Both the position numbers and the translations under genes were made by a program. Source: Cetobacterium sp. (GTDB lineage: Bacteria > Fusobacteriota > Fusobacteriia > Fusobacteriales > Fusobacteriaceae). Taken from it: a DNA stretch of 59,349 nt. Positions 1 to 9,548 of this stretch are shown in pieces; positions within the stretch are counted from its first letter, which is position 1; every line of letters begins with the position of its first letter. The notes beneath the pieces were generated by a model. It ran no database searches, had not been told where the DNA came from, and saw only the letters and a program-made list of their open reading frames with translations. The stretch spans positions 1 through 59,349 of the forward strand of contig JBOFUO010000004.1 in the NCBI GenBank assembly GCA_051652625.1, in the 5' to 3' direction.

Positions 1-8
1 AAAAAAGT

Positions 9-84
9 GCTTCTTTAGCTCAGTTGGTAGAGCACACGACTGTTAATCGTGTTGTCGCTGGTTCGAGCCCAGCAAGAAGCGCCA
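9..84 (+). tRNA. tRNA-Asn (GTT)
   Basis: Cloverleaf: acceptor GCTTCTT/AAGAAGC, D-arm GCTCAGTTGGTAGAGC, anticodon stem CACGA/TCGTG with loop CT-GTT-AA, T-loop GTTCGAG, discriminator G and encoded CCA; 76 nt. Confidence 0.97.
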
Positions 85-129
85 TTTTTTTATTTTTTGT
101 AAAAAACAAAAATTTAAAGGGAGAGTTTA

Positions 130-714
130 ATGAAAAGAAAATTACTTACAGGATTATTGGCATGTGGATTATCATTAGCTTCTTTTGGAGCTGAAAGCTT
201 AGAATTAGGTTTTTTATCACCAAAGCAACTTAAAAGTCCAAATGCAGATGTAAATGGAGTTAGATTAGGATTAATATATACTGAAAATAGAAATGTTGAA
301 GGTGTTGATATAAATATAATAGCAAATAAAAAACAAAACTTCAAAGGTCTTTCAATAGGTTCTCTTTATGATAGAACAGAAGGTAATTTCGAAGGAGCAA
401 AATTAGGTTGGTTCTTCTTCCCGATTACATTTAATAGTGTAGGTGGAAATATGACAGGAGTTCAACTAGGTTTAATAAATATGGTAGAACAAAATACAAA
501 AGGGGTTCAATTAGGAGCAGCAAACTTTACAAACACTGCAACAGGAGTTCAGTTTGGAGTTTTCAACAAAGCTGAAAAAATAAGAGGATTACAATTAGGA
601 CTAGTAAATATGGCTGAAAATTTAGAAGGATTACAAATAGGTTTAGTAAATATGGCTGATAACAGTGAAATTTTTGAAGTTTTACCACTTCTAAATTTCA
701 ACTTTAGATTTTAA
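130..714 (+). CDS. Secreted/surface repeat protein (LA_2272-like GxQxGxxN repeats)
   Basis: Signal peptide MKRKLLTGLLACGLSLASFG; about nine 14-16 aa repeats (GVQLGLIN, GVQLGAAN, GLQLGLVN, GLQIGLVN); C-terminal FNFRF; RBS AGGGAG. Confidence 0.8.
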   Translation: MKRKLLTGLLACGLSLASFGAESLELGFLSPKQLKSPNADVNGVRLGLIYTENRNVEGVDINIIANKKQNFKGLSIGSLYDRTEGNFEGAKLGWFFFPITFNSVGGNMTGVQLGLINMVEQNTKGVQLGAANFTNTATGVQFGVFNKAEKIRGLQLGLVNMAENLEGLQIGLVNMADNSEIFEVLPLLNFNFRF

Positions 715-723
715 TCTTCTAAA

Positions 724-752
724 TTGACAAACTTAAGATTTTATGATACACT
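724..752 (+). promoter_or_regulatory. Sigma70 promoter of rplS
   Basis: TTGACA (724-729), 17 bp spacer, extended -10 TG-a-TACACT (747-752). Confidence 0.75.
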
Positions 753-769
753 TATATAGTTATTAAAAC

Positions 770-821
770 GAATATTCCGCTTTAATGGAATATAATATAT
801 TAATATATTAAATGAATATTC
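770..821 (+). promoter_or_regulatory. Putative ribosomal protein L19 leader (autoregulatory RNA)
   Basis: Stem GAATATTC(770-777)/GAATATTC(814-821), internal loop with the CCGCT motif, inner stem TTTAAT/ATTAAA, directly before the GGAGG RBS of rplS; resembles the Firmicutes L19_leader. Confidence 0.6.
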
Positions 822-833
822 ATGGAGGCTAAA

Positions 834-1184
834 ATGAAAGAAAAATTAATTCAATTAGTAGAGCAAGACTACTTAAGAAACGACATCCCGGCATTCAAAG
901 CTGGAGATACTATTACTGTTCACTACAAAGTTGTAGAGGGTAACAAAGAAAGAATACAGTTATTCGAAGGTGTAGTAATCAGAGTAAACGGTGGAGGAAT
1001 CGCTAAGACTTTCACTGTAAGAAAAGTAACAGCTGGAATCGGAGTAGAGAGAATAATCCCTATGAACTCACCAATGATCGCTAAAATCGATGTTTTAAAA
1101 ATCGGAAAAGTAAGAAGATCAAAGCTTTACTACTTAAGAGAACTTTCTGGAAAGAAAGCAAGAATCAAAGAAATCAGAAAGTAA
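834..1184 (+). CDS. rplS: 50S ribosomal protein L19
   Basis: [35 protein letters not shown] motifs; start set at ATG 834 after GGAGG. Confidence 0.98.
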   Translation: MKEKLIQLVEQDYLRNDIPAFKAGDTITVHYKVVEGNKERIQLFEGVVIRVNGGGIAKTFTVRKVTAGIGVERIIPMNSPMIAKIDVLKIGKVRRSKLYYLRELSGKKARIKEIRK

Positions 1185-1191
1185 TATTTCT

Positions 1192-1225
1192 AAAGCTAAG
1201 GAACAACAATTCCTTAGCTTTTTTC
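1192..1225 (+). terminator. Intrinsic terminator after rplS
   Basis: AAAGCTAAGGAA-loop-TTCCTTAGCTTT followed by a T-run. Confidence 0.85.
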
Positions 1226-1272
1226 TTTTTTTTGTGTTAAAATATATATAAATTGAGCAAGGGAGTGACTTT

Positions 1273-2199
1273 ATGAGTAGAGAGAATACGGTTTTAAATA
1301 TGATTTTTTATATAATTTTATCAGCTTTTTTCATCTATATATTTGTAAAAGAAAAAAAGATTGTTGCTTTAATTGATAAAAAAAGAACTATAGTTGAAGA
1401 TAAGCTCGTAAATAAACTTAGTTTAAAAGGAAAATTTAGTGAAAAAATATTAAGAAAAACAATAAAATTGATTGAAAGCTTAGGAAGTGCATTAGTATTA
1501 GTATTGATTATACAAAAGTTTTATATTGGAAATTTTTTGGTTCCAACAGGATCAATGATTCCAACAATAGTACCAAAAGATAGATTGTTTGGAAATATGG
1601 TGATTTATAAATTTAAAGCACCAGAGAGAGAAGATATAATTGTATTTAAAGAGCCGATAGAAGACAAAGTTCTTTATACAAAAAGACTGATGGCTTTACC
1701 AGGAGAAAAAGTTCAAATTAAATACAACAGATTGTTTATAAATGGACAAAAAATATCTGAGAGAGAATATACAGCTTTAGGAGAAATAGGTTCTAAAGAA
1801 TGGTTAGTTCCTAAAAAAGGAGATGTAGTAACAATTCTTCCAGGACAAGATTATACTGCTAATTTTGAAAAAGAAAATATAGATATAGCAAAAGTTCAAA
1901 CTTTATTAAAAGAAAACACTGGGTATGTATCTCAATTGTTACCAGATGTGCAATTTATGATAAACGGTATTCAAACAGGAATGATAATGGATTTTATTCA
2001 TGATGAAGAAATTTTAAATAAATTATTAAAAGGTGAAGAGGTTACTCAAAAGCTAGAAGAAGATTATTATCTTGCTTTAGGAGATAACACAAATGGAAGT
2101 TATGATTCAAGAATGTGGGGATTTGTAAAAGATACTAGAATAAAAGGGAAAGCAGTAGTTAGATTCTGGCCTTTGAATAGAATAGGTCTGTTAAAATAA
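1273..2199 (+). CDS. lepB: Signal peptidase I
   Basis: Catalytic GSMIPT (Ser) and YTKRL (Lys); LGDNTNGSYDSRMWG; RFWPLNRIG; N-terminal TM helices. Confidence 0.95.
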   Translation: MSRENTVLNMIFYIILSAFFIYIFVKEKKIVALIDKKRTIVEDKLVNKLSLKGKFSEKILRKTIKLIESLGSALVLVLIIQKFYIGNFLVPTGSMIPTIVPKDRLFGNMVIYKFKAPEREDIIVFKEPIEDKVLYTKRLMALPGEKVQIKYNRLFINGQKISEREYTALGEIGSKEWLVPKKGDVVTILPGQDYTANFEKENIDIAKVQTLLKENTGYVSQLLPDVQFMINGIQTGMIMDFIHDEEILNKLLKGEEVTQKLEEDYYLALGDNTNGSYDSRMWGFVKDTRIKGKAVVRFWPLNRIGLLK

Positions 2200-2201
2200 T
2201 T

Positions 2202-2627
2202 ATGATGATTGAAGTTAATATAAAAGATACTGTTTTACTTCAAGAGTTGGCAAGTTTAGAAAAAGAAATTTTTCCCGAGAGTTCTTATTCACTTCAAAGT
2301 TTAAAAGAGATGTCTCTTAAAGATGAATATAAAATTATAGTTTTTAATAAAACTATTGACGGATACTTAATTTTACATGATTCTTATGACATTTATGAAA
2401 TAATGAAAATAGGGGTTAGAAAAGAATTAAGAGGTAAAAAGATTGGTTATAAATTAATAAAATTTTATTTAGAAAACTTTGATAAAGCTTTATTTTTAGA
2501 AGTAAGAGAAAGCAATGAAATAGCTAGGCAATTTTATGAGAAGATAGGTTTTATAAGCATTGGAAAAAGAAAAAATTATTATTCAAATGGAGAAACTGCA
2601 ATTTTAATGTCGCTAGAAAAAAATTAA
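2202..2627 (+). CDS. rimI: RimI-like GNAT N-acetyltransferase
   Basis: RGKKIG acetyl-CoA motif; FLEVRESNEIARQFYEKIGF...RKNYY. Confidence 0.85.
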   Translation: MMIEVNIKDTVLLQELASLEKEIFPESSYSLQSLKEMSLKDEYKIIVFNKTIDGYLILHDSYDIYEIMKIGVRKELRGKKIGYKLIKFYLENFDKALFLEVRESNEIARQFYEKIGFISIGKRKNYYSNGETAILMSLEKN

Positions 2628-2652
2628 CATATATTTAGGAGGAAAATTAATA

Positions 2653-4086
2653 ATGAACAGAGAGATTTATTCAAACCCATTAGCAGAGAGATATAGCTCA
2701 AAGGAAATGCTAGAAGTATTTTCACCGAAATTTAAATTTTCTACTTGGAGAAAATTATGGTATGTTTTAGCAGAGACTGAAAAAGAATTAGGTCTAGATA
2801 TAACTGACGAGCAGTTAGCACAGATGAAAGCTAATATTGAAAATATTGATTATGATTTAGCAGATAAAATGGAAAAAAAGTTTAGACATGATGTAATGGC
2901 ACACGTTCATACATTTGGAACTGCAGCACCAAAAGCTATGCCTATTATACATTTAGGAGCTACAAGTGCTTATGTAGGAGATAACACAGATTTAATTCAA
3001 ATAAAAGAAGCTTTAAATATATTAAAAAAGAAATTAATAAATGTAATGGATGGTTTAGGTAAATTTGCAGATGAGCATAAAGATTTACCAACATTAGGAT
3101 TTACACATTTCCAAGCAGCTCAATTAACAACTGTTGGAAAAAGAGCAACACTTTGGCTACAAAGTTTAGTTTTAGATTTAGAAGAGTTAGATTTTAGACA
3201 AGATACTTTAAGATTTAGAGGAGTAAAAGGAACAACTGGAACTCAAGCATCTTTCGAAGAGTTATTTGATGGAGATTATAAAAAAGTTAAAGAACTAGAC
3301 GAAAAAGTAGCAACTAAAATGGGATTCAATAAAAGATTCTTAGTAACAGGACAAACTTATGACAGAAAAATAGATTCAGAAATATCAAATTTATTAAGTA
3401 ATTTAGCTCAATCTGCTCATAAATTTACAAATGATTTAAGATTATTACAACATTTAAAAGAAGTAGAAGAGCCATTTGAAAAAAATCAAATAGGATCATC
3501 TGCTATGGCATATAAAAGAAATCCTATGAGAAGTGAAAGAATTTCGTCATTAGCAAAGTTTGTAATAGCATTACAACAAAGTACTGCAATGACAGCTGCA
3601 ACTCAATGGTTTGAAAGAACTCTAGATGATTCAGCAAATAAAAGGCTAGCTTTACCACAAGCATTCCTAGCAGTTGATGCAATATTAATTATTTGGAAAA
3701 ATATATTAGAAGGATTAGTAGTATATCCAAAAATGATAGAAAAACATATAATGGCAGAGTTACCGTTTATGGCAACTGAGTATATAATAATGGAAGGTGT
3801 AAAAAAAGGTGGAGATAGACAAGAACTTCATGAAGTAATAAGACTTCATTCAATGGAAGCTGGAAAAAAAGTTAAAATTGAAGGTCTTGAAAATGATTTA
3901 ATAGAAAGAATACTAAATGACCCATCATTTGATATAGATAAAGATAAACTGATGGAAATTTTAGATCCTAAAAACTTTATTGGATTCTCTTCAGAGCAAG
4001 TTGTAGACTTCTTAGAGTCAGAAATAAAGCCGATATTGGAAGCGAATAAAGATTTATTAGGAATGGATACTGATTTAAGAGTTTAA
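2653..4086 (+). CDS. purB: Adenylosuccinate lyase
   Basis: RHDVMAH, HLGATS, GFTHFQAAQ, GSSAMAYKRNP fumarase-superfamily signature. Confidence 0.97.
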   Translation: MNREIYSNPLAERYSSKEMLEVFSPKFKFSTWRKLWYVLAETEKELGLDITDEQLAQMKANIENIDYDLADKMEKKFRHDVMAHVHTFGTAAPKAMPIIHLGATSAYVGDNTDLIQIKEALNILKKKLINVMDGLGKFADEHKDLPTLGFTHFQAAQLTTVGKRATLWLQSLVLDLEELDFRQDTLRFRGVKGTTGTQASFEELFDGDYKKVKELDEKVATKMGFNKRFLVTGQTYDRKIDSEISNLLSNLAQSAHKFTNDLRLLQHLKEVEEPFEKNQIGSSAMAYKRNPMRSERISSLAKFVIALQQSTAMTAATQWFERTLDDSANKRLALPQAFLAVDAILIIWKNILEGLVVYPKMIEKHIMAELPFMATEYIIMEGVKKGGDRQELHEVIRLHSMEAGKKVKIEGLENDLIERILNDPSFDIDKDKLMEILDPKNFIGFSSEQVVDFLESEIKPILEANKDLLGMDTDLRV

Positions 4087-4087
4087 T

Positions 4088-4597
4088 ATGGAATTTAAAA
4101 GAAAGAGATATTTAACTGCTTTTGTGCTGTTGGCTCTTTACTTATCATTGATAGAAACGTTGATACCAAAACCATTTCCTTGGATGAAACTTGGGCTTGC
4201 AAATATTGCTTCAATAATAGCCTTAGAAAAATTTGATGAAAAAATGGCATTAGAAATTTTATTATTAAGAATTTTAATTCAAGGAATGATGTTGGGAACA
4301 CTATTTTCACCGAGTTTTATAATAAGTTTAATTTCAGGAGGGGCTAGTACCCTCTTGACCATTTTATTATTCCGGTATAGAAAAAATTTATCTTTAATCT
4401 CGATATGTATAAGTGGAGCTTTTGTTCATAATTTAATACAATTAGTAGTAGTTTATTTTTTATTATTTAGAAATATAAGCATTATAAGTAAATCTATTTT
4501 TGTATTTATTTGGGGGTTTTTATTTATGGGTTGTATTTCAGGAGTTATAACAGGATATATATGTGAAAAATTGCAATTTAGAAGAAAAAGGGGATAA
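4088..4597 (+). CDS. Gx transporter / heptaprenyl diphosphate synthase component I family membrane protein
   Basis: IETLIPKPFPWMKLGLAN and GAFVHNLIQL motifs; 5-6 TM segments. Confidence 0.8.
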   Translation: MEFKRKRYLTAFVLLALYLSLIETLIPKPFPWMKLGLANIASIIALEKFDEKMALEILLLRILIQGMMLGTLFSPSFIISLISGGASTLLTILLFRYRKNLSLISICISGAFVHNLIQLVVVYFLLFRNISIISKSIFVFIWGFLFMGCISGVITGYICEKLQFRRKRG

Positions 4598-4599
4598 AA

Positions 4600-5958
4600 A
4601 TGAGAAAGTATTTTGGAACAGATGGAATAAGAGGAGAGGCAAACAAAGAGTTAACAGTTGAATTAGCATTAAAATTAGGATATGCTTTAGGTCATACTTT
4701 AAAAACGAAGTATCCAGATAAAAAAAGAATTAGAGTAATAATGGGTTCAGACACAAGAAGATCAGGGTATATGCTAAGATCTGCTTTGACTGCAGGTTTA
4801 AATTCAATGGGTATTAATATAGATTTTGTAGGAGTTATTCCAACACCAGGAGTTGCTTATTTAACGAAAAAAAGTACAGCAAAAGCTGGAATAATGATAT
4901 CAGCATCACATAATCCAGCAAAAGATAATGGAATAAAGATATTTTGGGAAGATGGATATAAACTTCCAGATGAAGTTGAATTAGATATCGAGAAATTAAT
5001 GGATAATGTAGAAGAAATTACAAAAAATCCGATTGCAGGAGATGATGTAGGTAGATTTACTTATGCAGAAGATGAATATTATCTTTATAGAGATCATGTA
5101 ATTTCAACTGTTTCAGGAGATTTTTCAGGAATGAAAATAATCTTAGATGCAGCAAATGGTTCAGCATATAGAGTAGCCAAAGAAGTATTTTTAGCTTTAG
5201 GAGCAGAAATCGTAATAATAAATGATGCACCAAATGGAAAAAATATAAATGTTAAATGTGGATCGACATACCCAGAAATATTATCAAAAGTAGTTATGGG
5301 TTACGAAGCGGATTTAGGGTTGGCTTATGATGGAGATGCAGATAGATTAATTGCTGTAGATAAGCACGGTAACATAATAGATGGTGATAAAATTATAGCA
5401 GTTTTAGCTTTAGGAATGAAAAATAGAAACGAGCTAAAAAATAATCAAATAGTTACAACAGTAATGAGTAATATGGGATTTGAAAGTTATCTTTCTAACA
5501 AAGGGATTCATTTAATAAGAGCCAATGTTGGAGATAGATATGTTCTTGAAAAAATGAAAGAGTTAAATGTAAATATTGGTGGAGAACAATCAGGACATAT
5601 AATTTTATCAGATTTTGGAACTACAGGAGATGGAGTATTAACATCTGTAAAGTTAGTTGAAGCAATAAGAGATTCAAAAAAATCACTAGATGAACTTGTA
5701 AGTGAAATTGTGGATTGGCCTCAAGTACTAATAAATGTTAAGGTGGATAATAAGAAAAAAAATCTATGGAATCAAAATGAAAATATTGTTAACTTTATAT
5801 CTCTTAAAGAAAAAGAGATGTCAGGACTTGGAAGAGTATTGGTAAGAACTTCTGGAACAGAACCAATAGTAAGGGTGATGGTAGAAGGAAAAGAGATGTC
5901 AACAGTTGATAGAGTAGCTAAAGAGATTGTAGCTATAGTAGAAAAAGAATTAATTTAG
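4600..5958 (+). CDS. glmM: Phosphoglucosamine mutase
   Basis: YFGTDGIRG, ISASHNP, DGDADR, GGEQSGH, RTSGTEP. Confidence 0.97.
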   Translation: MRKYFGTDGIRGEANKELTVELALKLGYALGHTLKTKYPDKKRIRVIMGSDTRRSGYMLRSALTAGLNSMGINIDFVGVIPTPGVAYLTKKSTAKAGIMISASHNPAKDNGIKIFWEDGYKLPDEVELDIEKLMDNVEEITKNPIAGDDVGRFTYAEDEYYLYRDHVISTVSGDFSGMKIILDAANGSAYRVAKEVFLALGAEIVIINDAPNGKNINVKCGSTYPEILSKVVMGYEADLGLAYDGDADRLIAVDKHGNIIDGDKIIAVLALGMKNRNELKNNQIVTTVMSNMGFESYLSNKGIHLIRANVGDRYVLEKMKELNVNIGGEQSGHIILSDFGTTGDGVLTSVKLVEAIRDSKKSLDELVSEIVDWPQVLINVKVDNKKKNLWNQNENIVNFISLKEKEMSGLGRVLVRTSGTEPIVRVMVEGKEMSTVDRVAKEIVAIVEKELI

Positions 5959-5967
5959 GAGAAAATT

Positions 5968-6678
5968 ATGTATTATAAAAATTTTTCGAAAGTGTATGAT
6001 AAATTCATGCAACATTGTGATTATGACGAATGGGCTGATTTAGTAAAAGAAAAGATTAAAGAATCTGGTGTTGCTGGAAAAAAACTATTAGATTTAGGAT
6101 GTGGAACAGGAGAAACTTTAATCAGATTGAAAGATGAGTTTGAGTGCTCTGGATTAGATTTATCTCCGGACATGTTAACTATAGCTAACAAAAAATTAAA
6201 AAATAAAGGTGTTAAATTATTTGTAGGAGATATGAGAGAATTCGATACAGGAGAGAAGTATGATGTGATTGTGTCTCTTTTTGATACAGTTAATCATTTG
6301 ACATCTTTAGAAGATTTAGACGATTTGATGAAGTGTATTTATAATTCTTTAAATCCTGGAGGAGTTTATATATTTGATATTATAAATAGAGAGTTTATAA
6401 ATAATATGTTTCCTGGTGGGATTTATTATGATGATAGAAAAGATATGACAATAATTTGGGAACATTTTATAGAAGAAGATTTAGATATAGTTGAAGCTGT
6501 ATATTTTGTAAAAAACAGAACAGGTCATTATGAAAAGTTAAAAGAAGTATATGAAAAGAAGATATTTGAAGAGTGCGAAATTAGAAAAATAACTGAAAAA
6601 AACAATTTAAACTTGTTAAGTATTAGTAAAAATGCTAAAATAGCAGGGGAAAGATTTTTTTACATGGTAAAAAAATAA
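5968..6678 (+). CDS. Class I SAM-dependent methyltransferase
   Basis: LDLGCGTG motif I, GLDLSPDML, GDMR, LNPGGVYIFD. Confidence 0.9.
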   Translation: MYYKNFSKVYDKFMQHCDYDEWADLVKEKIKESGVAGKKLLDLGCGTGETLIRLKDEFECSGLDLSPDMLTIANKKLKNKGVKLFVGDMREFDTGEKYDVIVSLFDTVNHLTSLEDLDDLMKCIYNSLNPGGVYIFDIINREFINNMFPGGIYYDDRKDMTIIWEHFIEEDLDIVEAVYFVKNRTGHYEKLKEVYEKKIFEECEIRKITEKNNLNLLSISKNAKIAGERFFYMVKK

Positions 6679-6704
6679 AACTATGCTCAAAAGGAGTGAA
6701 AATT

Positions 6705-6914
6705 GTGATTTTTTTAGATAAAAATTTTATACGTTATTTTTCACTACTGGGTTATTTAGGATTTTTAATAGTAGGAAATATAGGAGTTTTTATATTTATC
6801 TACAAGTTAATTGAAAAATATTTTTTTAAAAGTACATTACTATTTATATTTTTCCTTATAATAGGAATATTCAGTGCATTTTATAACGCTTATAAATTAA
6901 TAATGAAAAAATAG
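6705..6914 (+). CDS. AtpZ/AtpI-type small membrane protein (ATP synthase gene 1)
   Basis: Two TM helices, first gene of the atp cluster; AGGAG 8 nt before GTG 6705 (ORF track start 6696). Confidence 0.7.
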   Translation: MIFLDKNFIRYFSLLGYLGFLIVGNIGVFIFIYKLIEKYFFKSTLLFIFFLIIGIFSAFYNAYKLIMKK

Positions 6915-6927
6915 AATCGAGTGATAT

Positions 6928-7302
6928 ATGAATGAATTAAAAGTAATAATAAAGCGAGGAATAATAGCTGCAGTAGTAATTTTTGTTTATGGATTATTAT
7001 CTAAAAATGAATATATATATTTAGGTATGGCTTCAGGAGCAATTTTATCTGTAGTTGGGTTTTATATGATTTGTCTTGATGCAAAAGCCAGTTTAGCTTC
7101 TAATTCACCATTTAAAGTTGGAGTAATAGGGTATTTGAAAAGATATTTTATATATGGAATATTTTTAGCACTCGCTGCCAAATTTTACGGATTCCCAATG
7201 TTAGTTAGTGGAGTTATTGGATTATTAAATATTAAAATTAATATTCTTGCAATAACTTTATTTAACAATATAAAAAAATTTAAATCTAAGTATTTAAAAT
7301 AA
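6928..7302 (+). CDS. atpI: ATP synthase protein I (UncI, c-ring assembly factor)
   Basis: Four TM helices, GYLKRY motif, position immediately before atpB. Confidence 0.85.
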   Translation: MNELKVIIKRGIIAAVVIFVYGLLSKNEYIYLGMASGAILSVVGFYMICLDAKASLASNSPFKVGVIGYLKRYFIYGIFLALAAKFYGFPMLVSGVIGLLNIKINILAITLFNNIKKFKSKYLK

Positions 7303-7323
7303 CTATTGAAAGGAGGGAAACTA

Positions 7324-8136
7324 ATGAGAATAGGACCAATAGAGTTTATAACTCCACCATTAGTAGAAGGACCTGCAATAATGTTTCAAATACCATTACC
7401 ACATTTCTTACAAAATATTCCATTTGCAATGGAATACGCTGATGGGAAATTTGGCTTACCTGTTACAATAACTGTAATAAGTACGTGGTTTGTAATATTA
7501 ATGTTAGCACTTCTATTTAAAATGGGAACGAAAAAATTAGAAATGATTCCAGGAAAAGCTCAAATAGTAGCTGAATCAGTTTATGATTTCGTATACGGTA
7601 TTATTCATCAAATGTTAGGAGGATGGACATCAACTTATTTCACATTCTTAGGATCTTTATTTGTATTTATTCTAGGATGTAATTTACTTATGTTTGTACC
7701 AATTCCTTGGGGTGGATTAAAAGACGGTGTGTTTACTTTAGCACCAGCATTTAGAGCACCAACAGCAGATCTTAATACAACAGTTGGATTAGCAATGTTA
7801 ACTACAGCAGTATTTTTAGGAACAAGTGTAAAAGTAAACGGAATATTAGGTTATTTTAAAGGCCTACTACAACCGATGCCATTTATGCTACCTATTAACT
7901 TAGTTGGAGAATTAGCAAAACCAACAAATATTTCTATACGTTTGTTTGGAAATATGTTCGCGGGAATGGTTATAATGGGGCTTATATATAAAGCTGCACC
8001 AATGGTTATACCAGCACCGTTACATTTATATTTTGATATATTTAGTGGAATAGTACAAAGTTTTGTATTCTTAATGCTAAGTATGGTTTACATTCAAGGT
8101 TCATTAGGGGATGCACAGTGTCCCGATGATAAATAA
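7324..8136 (+). CDS. atpB: F1Fo ATP synthase subunit a
   Basis: PTADLN, KPTNISIRLFGN (essential Arg), VQSFVF; ATG 7324 after AGGAGG. Confidence 0.97.
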   Translation: MRIGPIEFITPPLVEGPAIMFQIPLPHFLQNIPFAMEYADGKFGLPVTITVISTWFVILMLALLFKMGTKKLEMIPGKAQIVAESVYDFVYGIIHQMLGGWTSTYFTFLGSLFVFILGCNLLMFVPIPWGGLKDGVFTLAPAFRAPTADLNTTVGLAMLTTAVFLGTSVKVNGILGYFKGLLQPMPFMLPINLVGELAKPTNISIRLFGNMFAGMVIMGLIYKAAPMVIPAPLHLYFDIFSGIVQSFVFLMLSMVYIQGSLGDAQCPDDK

Positions 8137-8165
8137 AATTAACAATTTTAATTTAAAATAACTAG

Positions 8166-8447
<282 letters not shown>

Positions 8448-8490
8448 TTAAAAAAATACATCAAATACTTTTAGGAAGGAGGTATAAAAC

Positions 8491-8997
8491 TTGGCACCAA
8501 CAAATATGCCTGCAGTATCGATAGATATTAACATGTTTTGGCAAATAATAAACTTCTTCATTTTAGTGTTTATATTTAATAAATACTTTAAAGCTCCATT
8601 AACAAAATTAATGGATACAAGAAAAGAGAAGATTGCAGCTGAATTTTCAGAAGCTCAAAAGAGTAATGAAGAAGCTGCATTAAAAAATAAAGAAGCTCAA
8701 AAAATCTTAAAAGACGCTAAAACTGAAGCTACAAAAATTGTTCAATTAGCAGAAAAGAAAGCTGATGAAAGAAAAGAAGGTATCCTATCTGATGCAGCAG
8801 TTCAAAGAGATAAAATGGTTAAATCAGCAGAGCTTGAAATTCAAAAGATGAAACATGCAGCGAAGAAAGAGCTAGAGGTTGAAATGAGCCAACTAGCTGT
8901 AACATTAGCTGAAAAGATAATCAAAGAGAATTTAAACTCTAATTTAGAAGCTGCCCTAGCTGACAAATTCATAGATGAGGTAGGGGGAGTAAAATGA
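8491..8997 (+). CDS. atpF: ATP synthase subunit b
   Basis: N-terminal TM WQIINFFIL then coiled coil; TTG start after GGAGG. Confidence 0.95.
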   Translation: MAPTNMPAVSIDINMFWQIINFFILVFIFNKYFKAPLTKLMDTRKEKIAAEFSEAQKSNEEAALKNKEAQKILKDAKTEATKIVQLAEKKADERKEGILSDAAVQRDKMVKSAELEIQKMKHAAKKELEVEMSQLAVTLAEKIIKENLNSNLEAALADKFIDEVGGVK

Positions 8998-9515
8998 TAG
9001 GAAACCAAATTGGTAAAAGATATGCTGGAGCAATATATAATGTTGCTGAGCAGAAAAATGAGGTTAAATCAGTATATGAAGTTTTAAATTCTGTAATGGA
9101 ACTTTTTAAAACAAATATTGATTTCAAAAACTTTATTACTCATCCTCTTATTAAAGAGAACGAAAAAAAAGAGATTTTAAAGAAAATTTACTCGGATTCT
9201 AACGAAGGATTGGAAATTCTTTTCTACATTTTAGAAAAAGGAAGAATATCAGAAATTAGAGAGATTGTAGCAGAATATGTTAAGTTAGATCTTTTAAAAA
9301 ATCAAACTTTAGATGTAGAAGCTACATTTGCAATTTCATTAACTGAAGAGCAAAAAGAGAAACTTTCTAAAAATCTTGAAAATAAAACAGGTAAAAAAAT
9401 AAAGTTAGTAGTTAAAGTTGATAAAGCTCTTATAGGTGGAGGAATTATCAAAATAGGTGATGAGATAACAGACGGAAGTATCCGTAGACAGTTAGAAACT
9501 CTAACACATAAATAA
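8994..9515 (+). CDS. atpH: ATP synthase subunit delta
   Basis: KRYAGA; VDKALIGG...DGSIRRQL. Confidence 0.95.
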   Translation: MIGNQIGKRYAGAIYNVAEQKNEVKSVYEVLNSVMELFKTNIDFKNFITHPLIKENEKKEILKKIYSDSNEGLEILFYILEKGRISEIREIVAEYVKLDLLKNQTLDVEATFAISLTEEQKEKLSKNLENKTGKKIKLVVKVDKALIGGGIIKIGDEITDGSIRRQLETLTHK

Positions 9516-9548
9516 AAACTACTAGTAAAATTAGGAGGTGTAATCAGT

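Noticed and set aside
9-720. Integrative element at tRNA-Asn
   Set aside because: No integrase and no duplicated tRNA 3' end seen; core genes resume at rplS
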